Assembly: GCA_023399275.1 (NCBI GenBank)
Contig: JAEWQH010000117.1
Span: forward strand, 2,943 to 66,942
Direction of reading: 5' to 3'
Length of the DNA stretch: 64,000 bases
Source: Bacillota bacterium
Lineage (GTDB): Bacteria; Bacillota; Clostridia; Christensenellales; CAG-138
Positions 7,960 through 16,784 of this stretch are shown piece by piece. Position 1 is the first letter of the stretch. The number at the start of each line of letters is the position of its first letter. Position numbers and translations under genes: made by a program. The notes beneath the pieces are model-generated. The model made no database searches and was not told the origin of the DNA. It saw nothing but the letters and a program-made list of their open reading frames with translations.

Positions 7960-9648
7960 CTACTGGTTGTAGGGCAGACCAAACGCGGTCTGATACTCGA
8001 TATAAAGGCCGTTGCCCGTCCAGCCGCCTTCGCCGGAGCTGCTTGCCGAGAAGCAGATCTCGCAGTTTGGCAGCGCTTCGCTCAACTGCTGTCGCTGTTC
8101 CTTCGTCACGTGGCGGACGTTGACGAACCAGAGCATTTCGAGGTTGTCCAACCCCAGCAGAGGCGTGATATCCTCGATATATATCGAGCTGCAGTTGAGA
8201 TAGCGCAGCTTCGGCAGCGATGCGACGATCGAGATATCCGTAATGGGGTTTTGGTAGATCTCAAGGCATTCCAACTCCTTGAGTTCGGCAAGCGGCGAGA
8301 TGTCCTCGATCTTGTTCATCGACACGATCAGCACCCGAAGCTTTTTGAGCTGCGAAAGAACGGATACATCGGTGATCCGGTTGCCGTGCCCGAGGTCGAG
8401 GTAGATCAGATCCGTGCAATACTTCAGCACCTGAATATCTTCGTTGTAGAAGTTGGTCTTCCCCTCTCCGGTAAAGCGCCCCATGCCGTTTGGAAACGAC
8501 TTGCGGTTGCCCTTGGAAAACGCAGTGATATCCGTACGGATCTCCCAGCCGCCGATCTGAATCACCCAAACGAACTTGATCTGTGGAAACTGCGCCATCA
8601 GCTGCTCCATCTGTTCGTTGGTCAGCCCGCAGTAGGATAGGTCCGCATAGGTCAAATCCGGCAGATACTTCAGCTTCTGCGCGATCTCCTCCAAGGAGGC
8701 GAGCGGGTATCCGTCCAGATCGAGCTCGGTCGTCCGCGTCGTCACCTGCTGCGAAAACAGCTCAAACGAAAAATCGAACGATATCTGTGGGAACGCGGCC
8801 GTGAGCGCATCCATCTGTTCAAACGTGGCCACCTGGCCCGTGAGATCCACGCTCGTCAGCGCCGGAAACTGCGCCAGCGCCTCCGGCAGCGCCTGCATGT
8901 CTACCGCCGCACCGGAGAGATCCAGCTCCGCCGTCGTCGAAGGCACGCGTTGGCCGAATATCTCCACATCGTATGAAAAAGCGATATTCGGGTAAGCTGC
9001 CTCCAGCGCGCCCAGCTCATCCGCGCTCCAGCCCGTCCCGCTGCAGACCACCTGCTCGAGAGAGGACAGCCCGCGCAGCAGCGATTCAGCCTCCGCCGCC
9101 GAAACCTGGGCCCCTGTGAGATCCAGCACCGTATCGGTACTCTTTGCCGCAACGCCGCCGATCGACACATCCCAGGAAAACGTCACGTCCGGATAGGCTG
9201 CGGCTGCGGCGGCAAACGCGCCGTCCACCGCGCAGCGCGTCGCGTCCACACGGGTCAGCGACGGAAAATAGCGCAGCAACCCAAGCTCCTGCGCCGTGCA
9301 GTCCGGCGGGAGCGTCAGTTCGCTCGCCGAGCTGTCATATTTGCCTATGCCGAGCGGAACGTTCCATAGGATCGTGCACGAAGGCAGCGCCGCGCGCAGC
9401 TCGTCCACCCGCGCGGTATCCACATCCACCGCGCGCAGGTCGAGCGTGCTCAGCCGGTCGAAGCCCGCAAAGCGCTCGCCCTCCAGTTGGGAGAGACTCG
9501 TGATCACGATGGTCTCCGCGCTCCGGTCCAGCTTCTGCGCCCCGCAGCCTGCCGCCCCCGCCAAAGCCAGGCCGAGCGCCAGCAAAAGCGCGATCCGCAA
9601 ATGCGCCGGCCCAGTCTTTCCGATTTGCCGCGCACGATGTTTTGTCAT
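7960..9648 (-). CDS. leucine-rich-repeat lipoprotein (paralog A)
   Basis: It has a lipobox (LALAGAAGC) followed by tandem LRR-like units (LDLxG...L..L..L). It is collinear with the protein at 44096..45868. The start is set at the ATG at 9648 because the longer ORF start lies at or upstream of the predicted promoter. Confidence 0.8.
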   Translation of the reverse strand: MTKHRARQIGKTGPAHLRIALLLALGLALAGAAGCGAQKLDRSAETIVITSLSQLEGERFAGFDRLSTLDLRAVDVDTARVDELRAALPSCTILWNVPLGIGKYDSSASELTLPPDCTAQELGLLRYFPSLTRVDATRCAVDGAFAAAAAAYPDVTFSWDVSIGGVAAKSTDTVLDLTGAQVSAAEAESLLRGLSSLEQVVCSGTGWSADELGALEAAYPNIAFSYDVEIFGQRVPSTTAELDLSGAAVDMQALPEALAQFPALTSVDLTGQVATFEQMDALTAAFPQISFDFSFELFSQQVTTRTTELDLDGYPLASLEEIAQKLKYLPDLTYADLSYCGLTNEQMEQLMAQFPQIKFVWVIQIGGWEIRTDITAFSKGNRKSFPNGMGRFTGEGKTNFYNEDIQVLKYCTDLIYLDLGHGNRITDVSVLSQLKKLRVLIVSMNKIEDISPLAELKELECLEIYQNPITDISIVASLPKLRYLNCSSIYIEDITPLLGLDNLEMLWFVNVRHVTKEQRQQLSEALPNCEICFSASSSGEGGWTGNGLYIEYQTAFGLPYNQ

Positions 9649-9736
9649 CCTGTCAACGCCCTTTCTGATCCTTCGCTCTTCATTCCATTCGTCCGTCCAC
9701 GCAGCGGCCGAAACCCAGCCGCCCGGCGACGCTTTC

Positions 9737-9745
9737 ATTATAGCA
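9737..9745 (-). promoter_or_regulatory. extended -10 promoter for LRR lipoprotein A
   Basis: The minus strand reads TGCTATAAT (TGn plus a consensus -10). I see no good -35. Confidence 0.45.
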
Positions 9746-9775
9746 TATACGCTGTTTGCGTTGTGTATACGTCGC

Positions 9776-9801
9776 GAAAAAGCCGCCCGTCAGCCGAGCG
9801 G
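9776..9801 (-). terminator. intrinsic terminator after the 9790..11451 gene
   Basis: CCGCUCG pairs with CGGGCGG (7 bp, loop GCUGA), followed by CUUUUUCG. The 5' arm overlaps the stop codon. Confidence 0.55.
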
Positions 9802-11451
9802 ATAGTATGCAAGGCCAAAGCGAACAAGCTGCGCGATGCCCGGCAGGTTCACCGCCGCAAGCGCAATGGCCGCGGCGGACAGCGCCGCGATCTGCGCCGC
9901 GCGCGCGTTTGCCAAGACGCGGGTAATCAACAGCACAATCAGTGAGACGAAGGCCCACGAGAAGTAGAGCGTGTAGAGCACCAGCGCGTGTTCCGATGTC
10001 CCCCACCCGAGCACGCACAGCAGCAGAAACGAAAAGGCCGCCCAGCCCGCGCAGATCTGCGCATAGCGGCGCTTTCGATTGAGCGCGAAGCCGGCGGCGG
10101 CAGCCGCGATGCAGGCGGCGCCAAGCAGGCTCCAGTGTGTGATCTCGGTCTGGTGAAAGACCCAAATGCCGTTTGCATATCGCTCGATCTGCGCCGCAGG
10201 CGCAATCAGACAGGATGCCGCAAACTGCACATATTGCATCAGCCGCGCAGAAAACGGCAGTTTTTCGCCCGTAAACTGCATCAAAAAGCGCAGTTTCTCG
10301 GCTGTCGCCGCCACCATGGCGGTGCGCCCGAGCACGATGGTGATCAATATAAACCCGGCGACGGCGGACACGGCCTTTTTGAGCTTCTGCTTTGGGGTGC
10401 CTTCTCCCGGAACGAGCAGTAAAAACACCCCGCTTGTGAGCATGGATCCGGTCGCCGCAGCCCAGGCAAGATCCCGTCCCCCGCGCGCGCTGCACACGCT
10501 CAGCCAAATCAGCAGGATCAACCAGAAAACGGCAAAGACATACTGCTCCATATTCAGCAGATAGAGCAGCGTGGGGTACAGCAGCGACAGGCAGACGAGC
10601 AAAAGCGCCTTGACCGCGCCGGCGGCGCCGATCATCCGCGCGATCAGGACAAGGCTGAGCGCCAGCAGCATGCCCTGGAGCATCTGCAGCAGCGCATAGT
10701 ACGCCCCCGGCAAAAGCAGCAGGCGTGAAACGAGCGACGCAGCCAGCGCAAACGGCGCGGCAAACGCGCCAAACAGCGGCTGGCGGATGTCGTTCTCCGT
10801 AGCGCCTATGTTGTAGAACACGTTTTGCTCGTTCAGCAGGCTGGAGTCGCTCGAATAGACGATATCGACCTTATCCCAGGTGTTGTCCGACGCGGCGTTT
10901 GCGCCGTAGAATACATCCGTCCTGGCGTACACAAGCGCAATCACAGCCGAAAAGACGAGCGCCGCGGCGAGCAGATATCGCCGCTCGACTCGGTCCGCTC
11001 CGCCAAAGGCTGCGCGCATCCACTCAAAAAACCAGCCGGTGAACCAATAAAGATAGATAAACAGCGCTGGGATGGCAGCCACCCCGGCACAGACGGCAAA
11101 CGCCGCGCCATATCGCCCGATCAGCCCGGCGAACTGCGCGGAAGCCGCCGCCGCCCCCAGACTCAACAGATGCGTCTGAAAGATTCCGGTATAGAGGCTG
11201 GCGGCATAGGCGGCAAGCACAAGGCTCAACGCCGCCCGCCCGAGACAAAACGAAGCGAGCACCCGTTCGGCAAACCGGCATCGGAACGATAGCCACGCCA
11301 GCGCGAGCGCCGCAATCGGAATCCCTGCCGCGACCCAGACCAACTCGCCCTTGATCGACAACAGCCCCGCCAGCGCTGTTCCCGAGCACAAAAACACCCA
11401 TGCAAGCACGGCCTTCCCCGCGCGTTTCCCGACGCGCCGCTCTATTGCCAT
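9790..11451 (-). CDS. large polytopic membrane protein, uncharacterised (possibly glycosyltransferase-like)
   Basis: The protein has at least 12 hydrophobic segments. One long acidic loop reads DNTWDKVDIVYSSDSSLLNEQNVFYNIGATENDIRQPLFGAF. The start at the ATG at 11451 is preceded by GGAGGGGG. Confidence 0.6.
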   Translation of the reverse strand: MAIERRVGKRAGKAVLAWVFLCSGTALAGLLSIKGELVWVAAGIPIAALALAWLSFRCRFAERVLASFCLGRAALSLVLAAYAASLYTGIFQTHLLSLGAAAASAQFAGLIGRYGAAFAVCAGVAAIPALFIYLYWFTGWFFEWMRAAFGGADRVERRYLLAAALVFSAVIALVYARTDVFYGANAASDNTWDKVDIVYSSDSSLLNEQNVFYNIGATENDIRQPLFGAFAAPFALAASLVSRLLLLPGAYYALLQMLQGMLLALSLVLIARMIGAAGAVKALLLVCLSLLYPTLLYLLNMEQYVFAVFWLILLIWLSVCSARGGRDLAWAAATGSMLTSGVFLLLVPGEGTPKQKLKKAVSAVAGFILITIVLGRTAMVAATAEKLRFLMQFTGEKLPFSARLMQYVQFAASCLIAPAAQIERYANGIWVFHQTEITHWSLLGAACIAAAAAGFALNRKRRYAQICAGWAAFSFLLLCVLGWGTSEHALVLYTLYFSWAFVSLIVLLITRVLANARAAQIAALSAAAIALAAVNLPGIAQLVRFGLAYYPLG

Positions 11452-11680
11452 CGCCGCCCCCTCCATCCATAAAAACGCCGGTTTGCTTCGCGCAAAACCC
11501 GCGCTTCGCTTTGTGTCATTATAGCATGCGCGCCGTCCGCGATCAAACCAGGCGCCCGCGCCGCCATGTCAGAAAGAATTGATGTGTAATGCGCCCCAAA
11601 AGCTGATACAATCAATCACAGATCGGTGCGGCGCAGGCCGCGGAAATGCCGGATCATCCAGATCAGAGGGGGGCTTCGGA

Positions 11681-12595
11681 TTGCACCATATCATCGAAGT
11701 AAGCGGGCTGAAGAAAAGCTACGGCGCGGTTCAGGCGGTCAAGGGCTTGGACTTCTACGTGGAAAGCGGGAAGATCTTCGCGTTTCTCGGCCCAAACGGC
11801 GCGGGAAAATCAACCACGATAGACATCATCTGCACCTTTTTGCAGGCGGACGCGGGCAGGGTCGAGGTGGACGGCCATCTACTCGGCCGGGATGACAACG
11901 CGATCCGGCACAGCATCGGCGCGGTGTTTCAGGACGGGCTTTTGGACCCGCTGCTCACCGTGCAGGAGAATCTGCGCCTGCGCGGCGGGTTTTACGGGCT
12001 GCGGGGGAAAAAGCTCGAGGAGACCATCCGGCAAATCGCGCAGCGCGTCGGCGTCTCGGAGATCCTCAGGCGCCCGTATGGCAAGCTTTCCGGCGGACAG
12101 CGGCGCAGGTGCGACATCGCCCGCGCACTGGTAAACACGCCGAAGATCCTCTTTCTCGACGAACCGACCACCGGCCTCGACCCGCAGACGCGCAAGAGCG
12201 TTTGGGAGACGATCACCCGGCTCCAGCGCGACACGGGCATGACCATCTTCCTCACCACACATTATATGGAAGAGGCGGCGGAGGCGGACTACGTCATCGT
12301 CATCGACAACGGCAGCATCGTCGCCAAAGGCACACCCTCCGACCTGAAGGAGCGCTATACGAGCGATAGGCTCACGCTGGTCTGCGCCGAGCCGGCCGCG
12401 CTTTCGGCAAAGCTCGCAGCCTCCGGCTTCTCGCCTTCGGTGGTCGCAAACCGCGTTTCGGTACCCGTTGCCAATACGCTCGCCGCGCTGCCGCTGCTCG
12501 AGACATACAAGGGCGAGATCTCAGGCTTTACGGTCACGACAGGCACGATGGACGACGCGTTTATCGCCATCACCGGAAAGGAGATCCGCGAATGA
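11681..12595 (+). CDS. ABC transporter ATP-binding protein (ABC-2/DrrA type)
   Basis: It has Walker A (GPNGAGKST), the signature LSGGQRRR, and Walker B (ILFLDEPT). The likely start is the TTG at 11681 after AGAGGGGGG. The annotated ATG at 11579 would add a non-homologous 34 aa. Confidence 0.85.
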   Translation: MHHIIEVSGLKKSYGAVQAVKGLDFYVESGKIFAFLGPNGAGKSTTIDIICTFLQADAGRVEVDGHLLGRDDNAIRHSIGAVFQDGLLDPLLTVQENLRLRGGFYGLRGKKLEETIRQIAQRVGVSEILRRPYGKLSGGQRRRCDIARALVNTPKILFLDEPTTGLDPQTRKSVWETITRLQRDTGMTIFLTTHYMEEAAEADYVIVIDNGSIVAKGTPSDLKERYTSDRLTLVCAEPAALSAKLAASGFSPSVVANRVSVPVANTLAALPLLETYKGEISGFTVTTGTMDDAFIAITGKEIRE

Positions 12596-13446
12596 TCAAC
12601 TTTACGAAGCGAAACCTCCTCGTCTACTTCAAGGACAAGGCGTCGGTGTTCTTTTCGCTGCTGTCGGTGTTCATCATCATCGGCATGTATGCGCTCTTTC
12701 TCGGGGACGTTTGGACCAGCAGTATGGCGGATATCCCCGGCGCGCGCAACCTCATGGACTGCTGGATCTGCGCGGGGCTCATCGCCGTCACGTCGGTGAC
12801 CACCACGATGGGCGCGTTTGGTACCATGGTGGAAGACCAGACCAAAAAGATCATCAAGGACATCCGCTCCTCCCCGCTGCCGCGCGCCAGCATCGCGGGC
12901 GGGTACATCTTCAGCGCGTTCATCATCGGCGCGATCATGTGCGTTGTCGCGCTCGCGCTGTGCCAGCTGTATCTGCTCAGCGGCGGCGGCACGCTGTTTA
13001 CCGGGCTGCAGCTTCTCAAGATTCTGGGGCTGATCCTGCTCTCCACGTTTTCCAACACCGCGCTGGTGCTCTTCTTCGTGTCGTTCTTCCAGAGCCTCAA
13101 CGCGTTTTCGATCGCCAGCACCATCATCGGCACGATCATCGGCTTTTTTACGGGCATCTATATTCCCATCGGCCAGCTTCCAGCCGGCGTGCAGATGGTC
13201 ATCAAGGTCTTTCCCCCGTCCCACTCCGCGCTGCTGCTGCGGCAGGTGATGATGGAGGGCGCGATCAAAACCGGCTTTGCCGGCGCGCCGGCGAGCGCCA
13301 TCGAGCACTTCAAGGAGCTCATGGGCGTGTCGTTTCGAATCGGAGATTCGGCCGTCACACCGCTGCTGAGCATCGCGATTCTGGTGCTGTCCGGCGTCGT
13401 GTTTCTGGGTCTTTCGATGCTGAACCTTTCCCGCAAGAAGAGATGA
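12592..13446 (+). CDS. ABC-2 type transporter permease
   Basis: Six predicted TM segments. The start overlaps the ATPase stop codon (ATGA). Confidence 0.8.
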   Translation: MINFTKRNLLVYFKDKASVFFSLLSVFIIIGMYALFLGDVWTSSMADIPGARNLMDCWICAGLIAVTSVTTTMGAFGTMVEDQTKKIIKDIRSSPLPRASIAGGYIFSAFIIGAIMCVVALALCQLYLLSGGGTLFTGLQLLKILGLILLSTFSNTALVLFFVSFFQSLNAFSIASTIIGTIIGFFTGIYIPIGQLPAGVQMVIKVFPPSHSALLLRQVMMEGAIKTGFAGAPASAIEHFKELMGVSFRIGDSAVTPLLSIAILVLSGVVFLGLSMLNLSRKKR

Positions 13447-13472
13447 CCCCTGTCGGAAAGCGTCCGTCCGCA

Positions 13473-13508
13473 TCCCCGTCCGCAATCGCCGGCGGGGAGT
13501 TTTTCTTT
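13473..13508 (+). terminator. intrinsic terminator after the ABC operon
   Basis: TCCCCG pairs with CGGGGA in a GC-rich hairpin, followed by GTTTTTCTTTCG. Confidence 0.55.
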
Positions 13509-13580
13509 CGCCGCTTCTTTTTACGCTTTGTCGCCATTATTCGCTTTTCGCCCTATCGTCACCCATTTTCATTTTTTGGG

Positions 13581-13609
13581 TTGACATTTTGTTTCTTGCC
13601 GCATATACT
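13581..13609 (+). promoter_or_regulatory. sigma-A promoter of birA-bioY
   Basis: TTGACA, a 17 nt spacer, then TATACT. A GAGGAG RBS and the ATG at 13630 follow. Confidence 0.65.
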
Positions 13610-13629
13610 ACGCCTGAGGAGCGTGTTCT

Positions 13630-14604
13630 ATGACCGTACAAGACCATCTGCGCGAACTGCTCGAAGCCAACAAGAGCGTATTCCTCTCGGGCGAAGAGAT
13701 CGCCCGCCGCCTCGGCGTGAGCCGAAACGCGGTGTGGAAGGCGATCCATTCGCTGAAGGCGGATGGCTACCCCATCCGGGCGGTGCCAAACCGCGGCTAC
13801 TGCCTGGCGGGCAGCAGTGACGTGCTCTCCGAAAGCGGTATCCGCCAATATCTTACGGGCGAAGCGCGGGCGCTTTCGCTGCGTGTTTTTGACTCGGTAG
13901 ACTCCACAAACCTCGTTTTGCGCAGGCTCGCGGGCGAGGGCGCGCCCGAGGGCACGGTGGTTGTCGCCGCCGAGCAAACCGGCGGACGCGGGCGCAAGGG
14001 GCGCAGCTTCTTTTCCCCGCAGGGCACCGGCGTGTATATCTCCCTGCTGCTCAAGCCGAAGATCGCGGCGGACGACGCAACGCTCATCACAACGACTGCG
14101 GCGGTGGCCGTCTGCGGCGCGGTGGAGGCACTCTCCGGCAAGTCTGCCGGGATCAAATGGGTCAACGACGTGTTTCTGGGCGATAAAAAAGTCTGCGGCA
14201 TCCTCACTGAGGGGTCGTTTGACATGGAGAGCGGCCAGTTTGAATACGCCGTTCTGGGCACAGGCATCAACGTATACGAGCCTGCCGGCGGGTTCCCGGA
14301 AGAGATCCGCCCGATCGCAGGCAGCGTGCTGCCCTCCTCCACGCCAGACGGGAAGAACCGGATGATCGCAGAGTTCCTCAACCGCTTCCTCCCGCTCTAC
14401 CGCACCCTTGGCAATGAGCAGACCAATGCAGAATACCGGCGCCGCAGCTTCGTGCCGGGCCGCAGCATCCTCGTTTTGCGCGGCGGAAGCGCAACCCCGG
14501 CGCGTGCGCTGGAGGTCGATGCGCGCTGCCGCCTCGTCGTGGAGTATGAAGACGGCGCTACGGAGGCGCTCTCTTCCGGCGAGATCAGCATCCGCCTCGC
14601 ATAG
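13630..14604 (+). CDS. birA: bifunctional biotin--[acetyl-CoA-carboxylase] ligase and transcriptional repressor
   Basis: An N-terminal wHTH (SGEEIARRLGVSRNAVWKAIHSLKADGY) is followed by the ligase motif GRGRKGRSFFSP and KWVNDV. Confidence 0.9.
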   Translation: MTVQDHLRELLEANKSVFLSGEEIARRLGVSRNAVWKAIHSLKADGYPIRAVPNRGYCLAGSSDVLSESGIRQYLTGEARALSLRVFDSVDSTNLVLRRLAGEGAPEGTVVVAAEQTGGRGRKGRSFFSPQGTGVYISLLLKPKIAADDATLITTTAAVAVCGAVEALSGKSAGIKWVNDVFLGDKKVCGILTEGSFDMESGQFEYAVLGTGINVYEPAGGFPEEIRPIAGSVLPSSTPDGKNRMIAEFLNRFLPLYRTLGNEQTNAEYRRRSFVPGRSILVLRGGSATPARALEVDARCRLVVEYEDGATEALSSGEISIRLA

Positions 14605-14607
14605 GCA

Positions 14608-14623
14608 TATCAATCGATTGATA
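14608..14623. promoter_or_regulatory. perfect 16 bp palindrome abutting the bioY RBS
   Basis: TATCAATCGATTGATA lies between the birA stop (14604) and the AAGGAGA of bioY. Its function is unknown. Confidence 0.4.
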
Positions 14624-14638
14624 AGGAGAAACCCGTTC

Positions 14639-15205
14639 ATGAACCCTGTCGCCAAATCCCGCACCTACAAGATGATCCTCGTCGCGCTGTTTGCGGCGCT
14701 CATCGCCGTCGGCGCGTTCATCCGCGTGCCTGTCCCGCTCGTTCCGTTTACCATGCAGACGTTCTTCGTCGTGCTCGCGGGCATGCTGCTGGGCAAGAAG
14801 CTCGGCGCGGCAAGCGCGCTGGTCTACCTCGCGGTCGGCCTTGTCGGCATCCCCGTGTTTACGCAGGGGGGCGGCATCGGCTATGTACTCAAGCCGTCGT
14901 TTGGATATCTGATCGGTTTCGTCGTCGGCGCGTTTATCACCGGCGCACTGGTGCAAAAGGCCGCGTCACCCTCGTTTGGCCGGCTGTTGCTCGCCGCGTT
15001 TGCGGGGCTGCTCGCCGTCTACGTGCTTGGCACGACATACTTCTATTTTCTGAGCAACTACTATCTCGGCAATCAGGTATCCGTCTGGACCTCTGTGCTG
15101 TATTGCTTCCTCGTGTTTGTGCCCGGTGATCTGGCCAAGAGCCTGGTCGCCGCGCTGATCGCCCGGCGCATGATACCGCTGCTGCATAAAAACGGTCTTT
15201 TCTGA
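14639..15205 (+). CDS. bioY: biotin transporter S-component
   Basis: The sequence (MNPVAKSRTYKMILVALFAALIAVGAFIRVPVPLVPFTMQTFFVVLAG...) is the typical BioY core. The ATG at 14639 has AAGGAGA 9 nt upstream. Confidence 0.9.
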   Translation: MNPVAKSRTYKMILVALFAALIAVGAFIRVPVPLVPFTMQTFFVVLAGMLLGKKLGAASALVYLAVGLVGIPVFTQGGGIGYVLKPSFGYLIGFVVGAFITGALVQKAASPSFGRLLLAAFAGLLAVYVLGTTYFYFLSNYYLGNQVSVWTSVLYCFLVFVPGDLAKSLVAALIARRMIPLLHKNGLF

Positions 15206-15222
15206 ATCGGATATTCAGCCAA

Positions 15223-15251
15223 AATGCCGGAGCGATTGCCCCGGCATTTTT
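15223..15251. terminator. bidirectional intrinsic terminator
   Basis: AATGCCGG pairs with CCGGCATT (8 bp). T-runs are present on both strands, and the hairpin lies between convergent genes. Confidence 0.7.
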
Positions 15252-15283
15252 GATTTAGCAACTCTTTTCGATGTGCAAAGCGC

Positions 15284-15970
15284 TCACACACCCTGCCGAA
15301 GCAGCTTTCGCACGCGCCGCCAGTCCGGAAAATAGAGATCCATCCGCGCCCAGAAGGCCGCCCCGTGCCCCGCTTCGTGCAGGTGGCAAAGCTCGTGCGT
15401 AAGCACATAGCGCAGGCACTCTGCGGGCTTCTGCGCAAGGCGCAGGTTGAGCGTGATATGCGCGGTTTTGGTATTGCAGCTTCCCCAGCGCGTCTTCATA
15501 TCGCGTACCTTCAGCTCGCCCGCACGCTTGCCGACCGTCCGCTCAATGCCGGGCAGCATCGCCCCCGCAGCCTCGTAGAGCGCCGCGCGGTACCATGCGT
15601 CCATCGCTTTCTTTCGCGCGGCCTCGTCCGCTTCCCCGCGGATAAACAGCTCGATCGTGTCGCCGCGCAGCGCAGCCCGCGTCCGCCCCGCTTGCTCGCG
15701 CACGCGCAGCGTCAGTCGCTTGCCGAAATACGGGATCTCGTCGCCGTCGCCGCAGTTGCAAGGAGCCGCGGCTGCGAGCCGCCGGGCCTGACGGTCGATC
15801 CAGTCCGCGCGTCCTAGTACAAAGCGAACGATCTCCGCATCCGCGGTGTGCAGCGGCGCATGAACGCTTACGCCGCCTTCCGGCAATACCCGCAGGTAGA
15901 GGTTTTTGATGCGCTTTCGCGTCACGCGCACCGTATATGGGCCGATCGTTTGCACCGTAGTCGTTGCCAT
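15284..15970 (-). CDS. M48-family metallopeptidase, YgjP/DUF45-like
   Basis: The C-terminus has the HExxH motif (THELCHLHEAGHGAAFW). The ATG at 15970 has AAGGAG 7 nt upstream. Confidence 0.8.
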   Translation of the reverse strand: MATTTVQTIGPYTVRVTRKRIKNLYLRVLPEGGVSVHAPLHTADAEIVRFVLGRADWIDRQARRLAAAAPCNCGDGDEIPYFGKRLTLRVREQAGRTRAALRGDTIELFIRGEADEAARKKAMDAWYRAALYEAAGAMLPGIERTVGKRAGELKVRDMKTRWGSCNTKTAHITLNLRLAQKPAECLRYVLTHELCHLHEAGHGAAFWARMDLYFPDWRRVRKLLRQGV

Positions 15971-16053
15971 GCGCCGCTCCTTCGCCGTCTCTTCCCTTTT
16001 CTGCCCCGCAGGACGATCCATCCTAGTATTTTATCATCCGGCGCGAAAGCGCG

Positions 16054-16455
16054 TCAATCGCGCGGCGCATCCTCCGCGCACGGCTCAAACAACCAGATAA
16101 TTCCCGCTTCGAGCGCCGCGTAGAGCACGATCTCAAACACATCCTCGCGCCATTTATAGAGCGTGGATTCCGAAACATTCAGCTCCGCGCAGAGCCGTAT
16201 CATCCGCGCACGAACGGGTTGGGCGCGCGGCAGCGGCGTGTCCAGCCCGAACAGCCGGCTCATAAATCGCTCCTTTGCCGGATCTTGTGCGTGCAGATAC
16301 GCGCGCGCGGCGTCGATGGCGCGCACCCAGGCGAGCATCGCCCCGCCCTCGGCGCGGATCGCGTCGCTTCGGTAGACGCGGGAGTTGTTGCGGCGGTAGT
16401 TGAGCAGCTGGCGTTTTGCCTCCGCGCGCAGGCGCGGCAACGGGATCGCTTTCAT
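16054..16455 (-). CDS. small HTH transcriptional regulator, phage-type (RinA/ArpU/DUF1492-like)
   Basis: The C-terminal HTH reads LNVSESTLYKWREDV. There is a strong RBS (AGGAGG) before the ATG at 16455. The family assignment is tentative. Confidence 0.5.
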   Translation of the reverse strand: MKAIPLPRLRAEAKRQLLNYRRNNSRVYRSDAIRAEGGAMLAWVRAIDAARAYLHAQDPAKERFMSRLFGLDTPLPRAQPVRARMIRLCAELNVSESTLYKWREDVFEIVLYAALEAGIIWLFEPCAEDAPRD

Positions 16456-16515
16456 TCCATCCTCCTGTGTTTGCACGATGCGAACGTTTGTGCGTTTATT
16501 ATACGCCGCCTGCGG

Positions 16516-16539
16516 GTATCTTGTGGCGACGTATCTTGT
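16516..16539. repeat. two direct 9 bp repeats GTATCTTGT spaced 15 bp apart, in the promoter region of the 16054..16455 gene
   Basis: The copies lie at 16516-16524 and 16531-16539, just upstream of a minus-strand TATAAT at 16498-16503. Confidence 0.5.
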
Positions 16540-16579
16540 ACAACCAACACATTTTCTCCGGTTATATTTGCGGTATTTT

Positions 16580-16609
16580 TCGATTTCTGTCGATTTTTGT
16601 CGTTTCTCC
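16580..16609. repeat. three phased 10 bp T-tract units
   Basis: TCGATTTCTG, TCGATTTTTG and TCGTTTCTCC repeat with helical periodicity upstream of the same promoter. This is a candidate curved-DNA or UP-like element. Confidence 0.4.
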
Positions 16610-16784
16610 TCAATGCAGCACACCGTTTTTTCGCCGCCCTTCCAAAAAGCCGCGGTTCGTTCACAATGGCGCCGCGACCAGCGTTGCCTGCGGAGCAAAG
16701 TCGTGTTATCATAGTATCAGTGACACCATCGGCTGTGCCACGTGTTGATCGCGCGTGAAATTCGGCCGCGTATACAGGGGATTT

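Noticed and set aside
13537-13630. A search for a canonical BirA operator (paired TGTnAAC half-sites) at the birA promoter.
   Set aside because: No such inverted repeat is visible. Only the promoter hexamers are supported.
16570-16610. Short periodic repeats that superficially look like a mini repeat array.
   Set aside because: The units are only 10 bp long, imperfect and contiguous, with no spacers, so this is not a CRISPR array. I recorded them as phased T-tracts instead.
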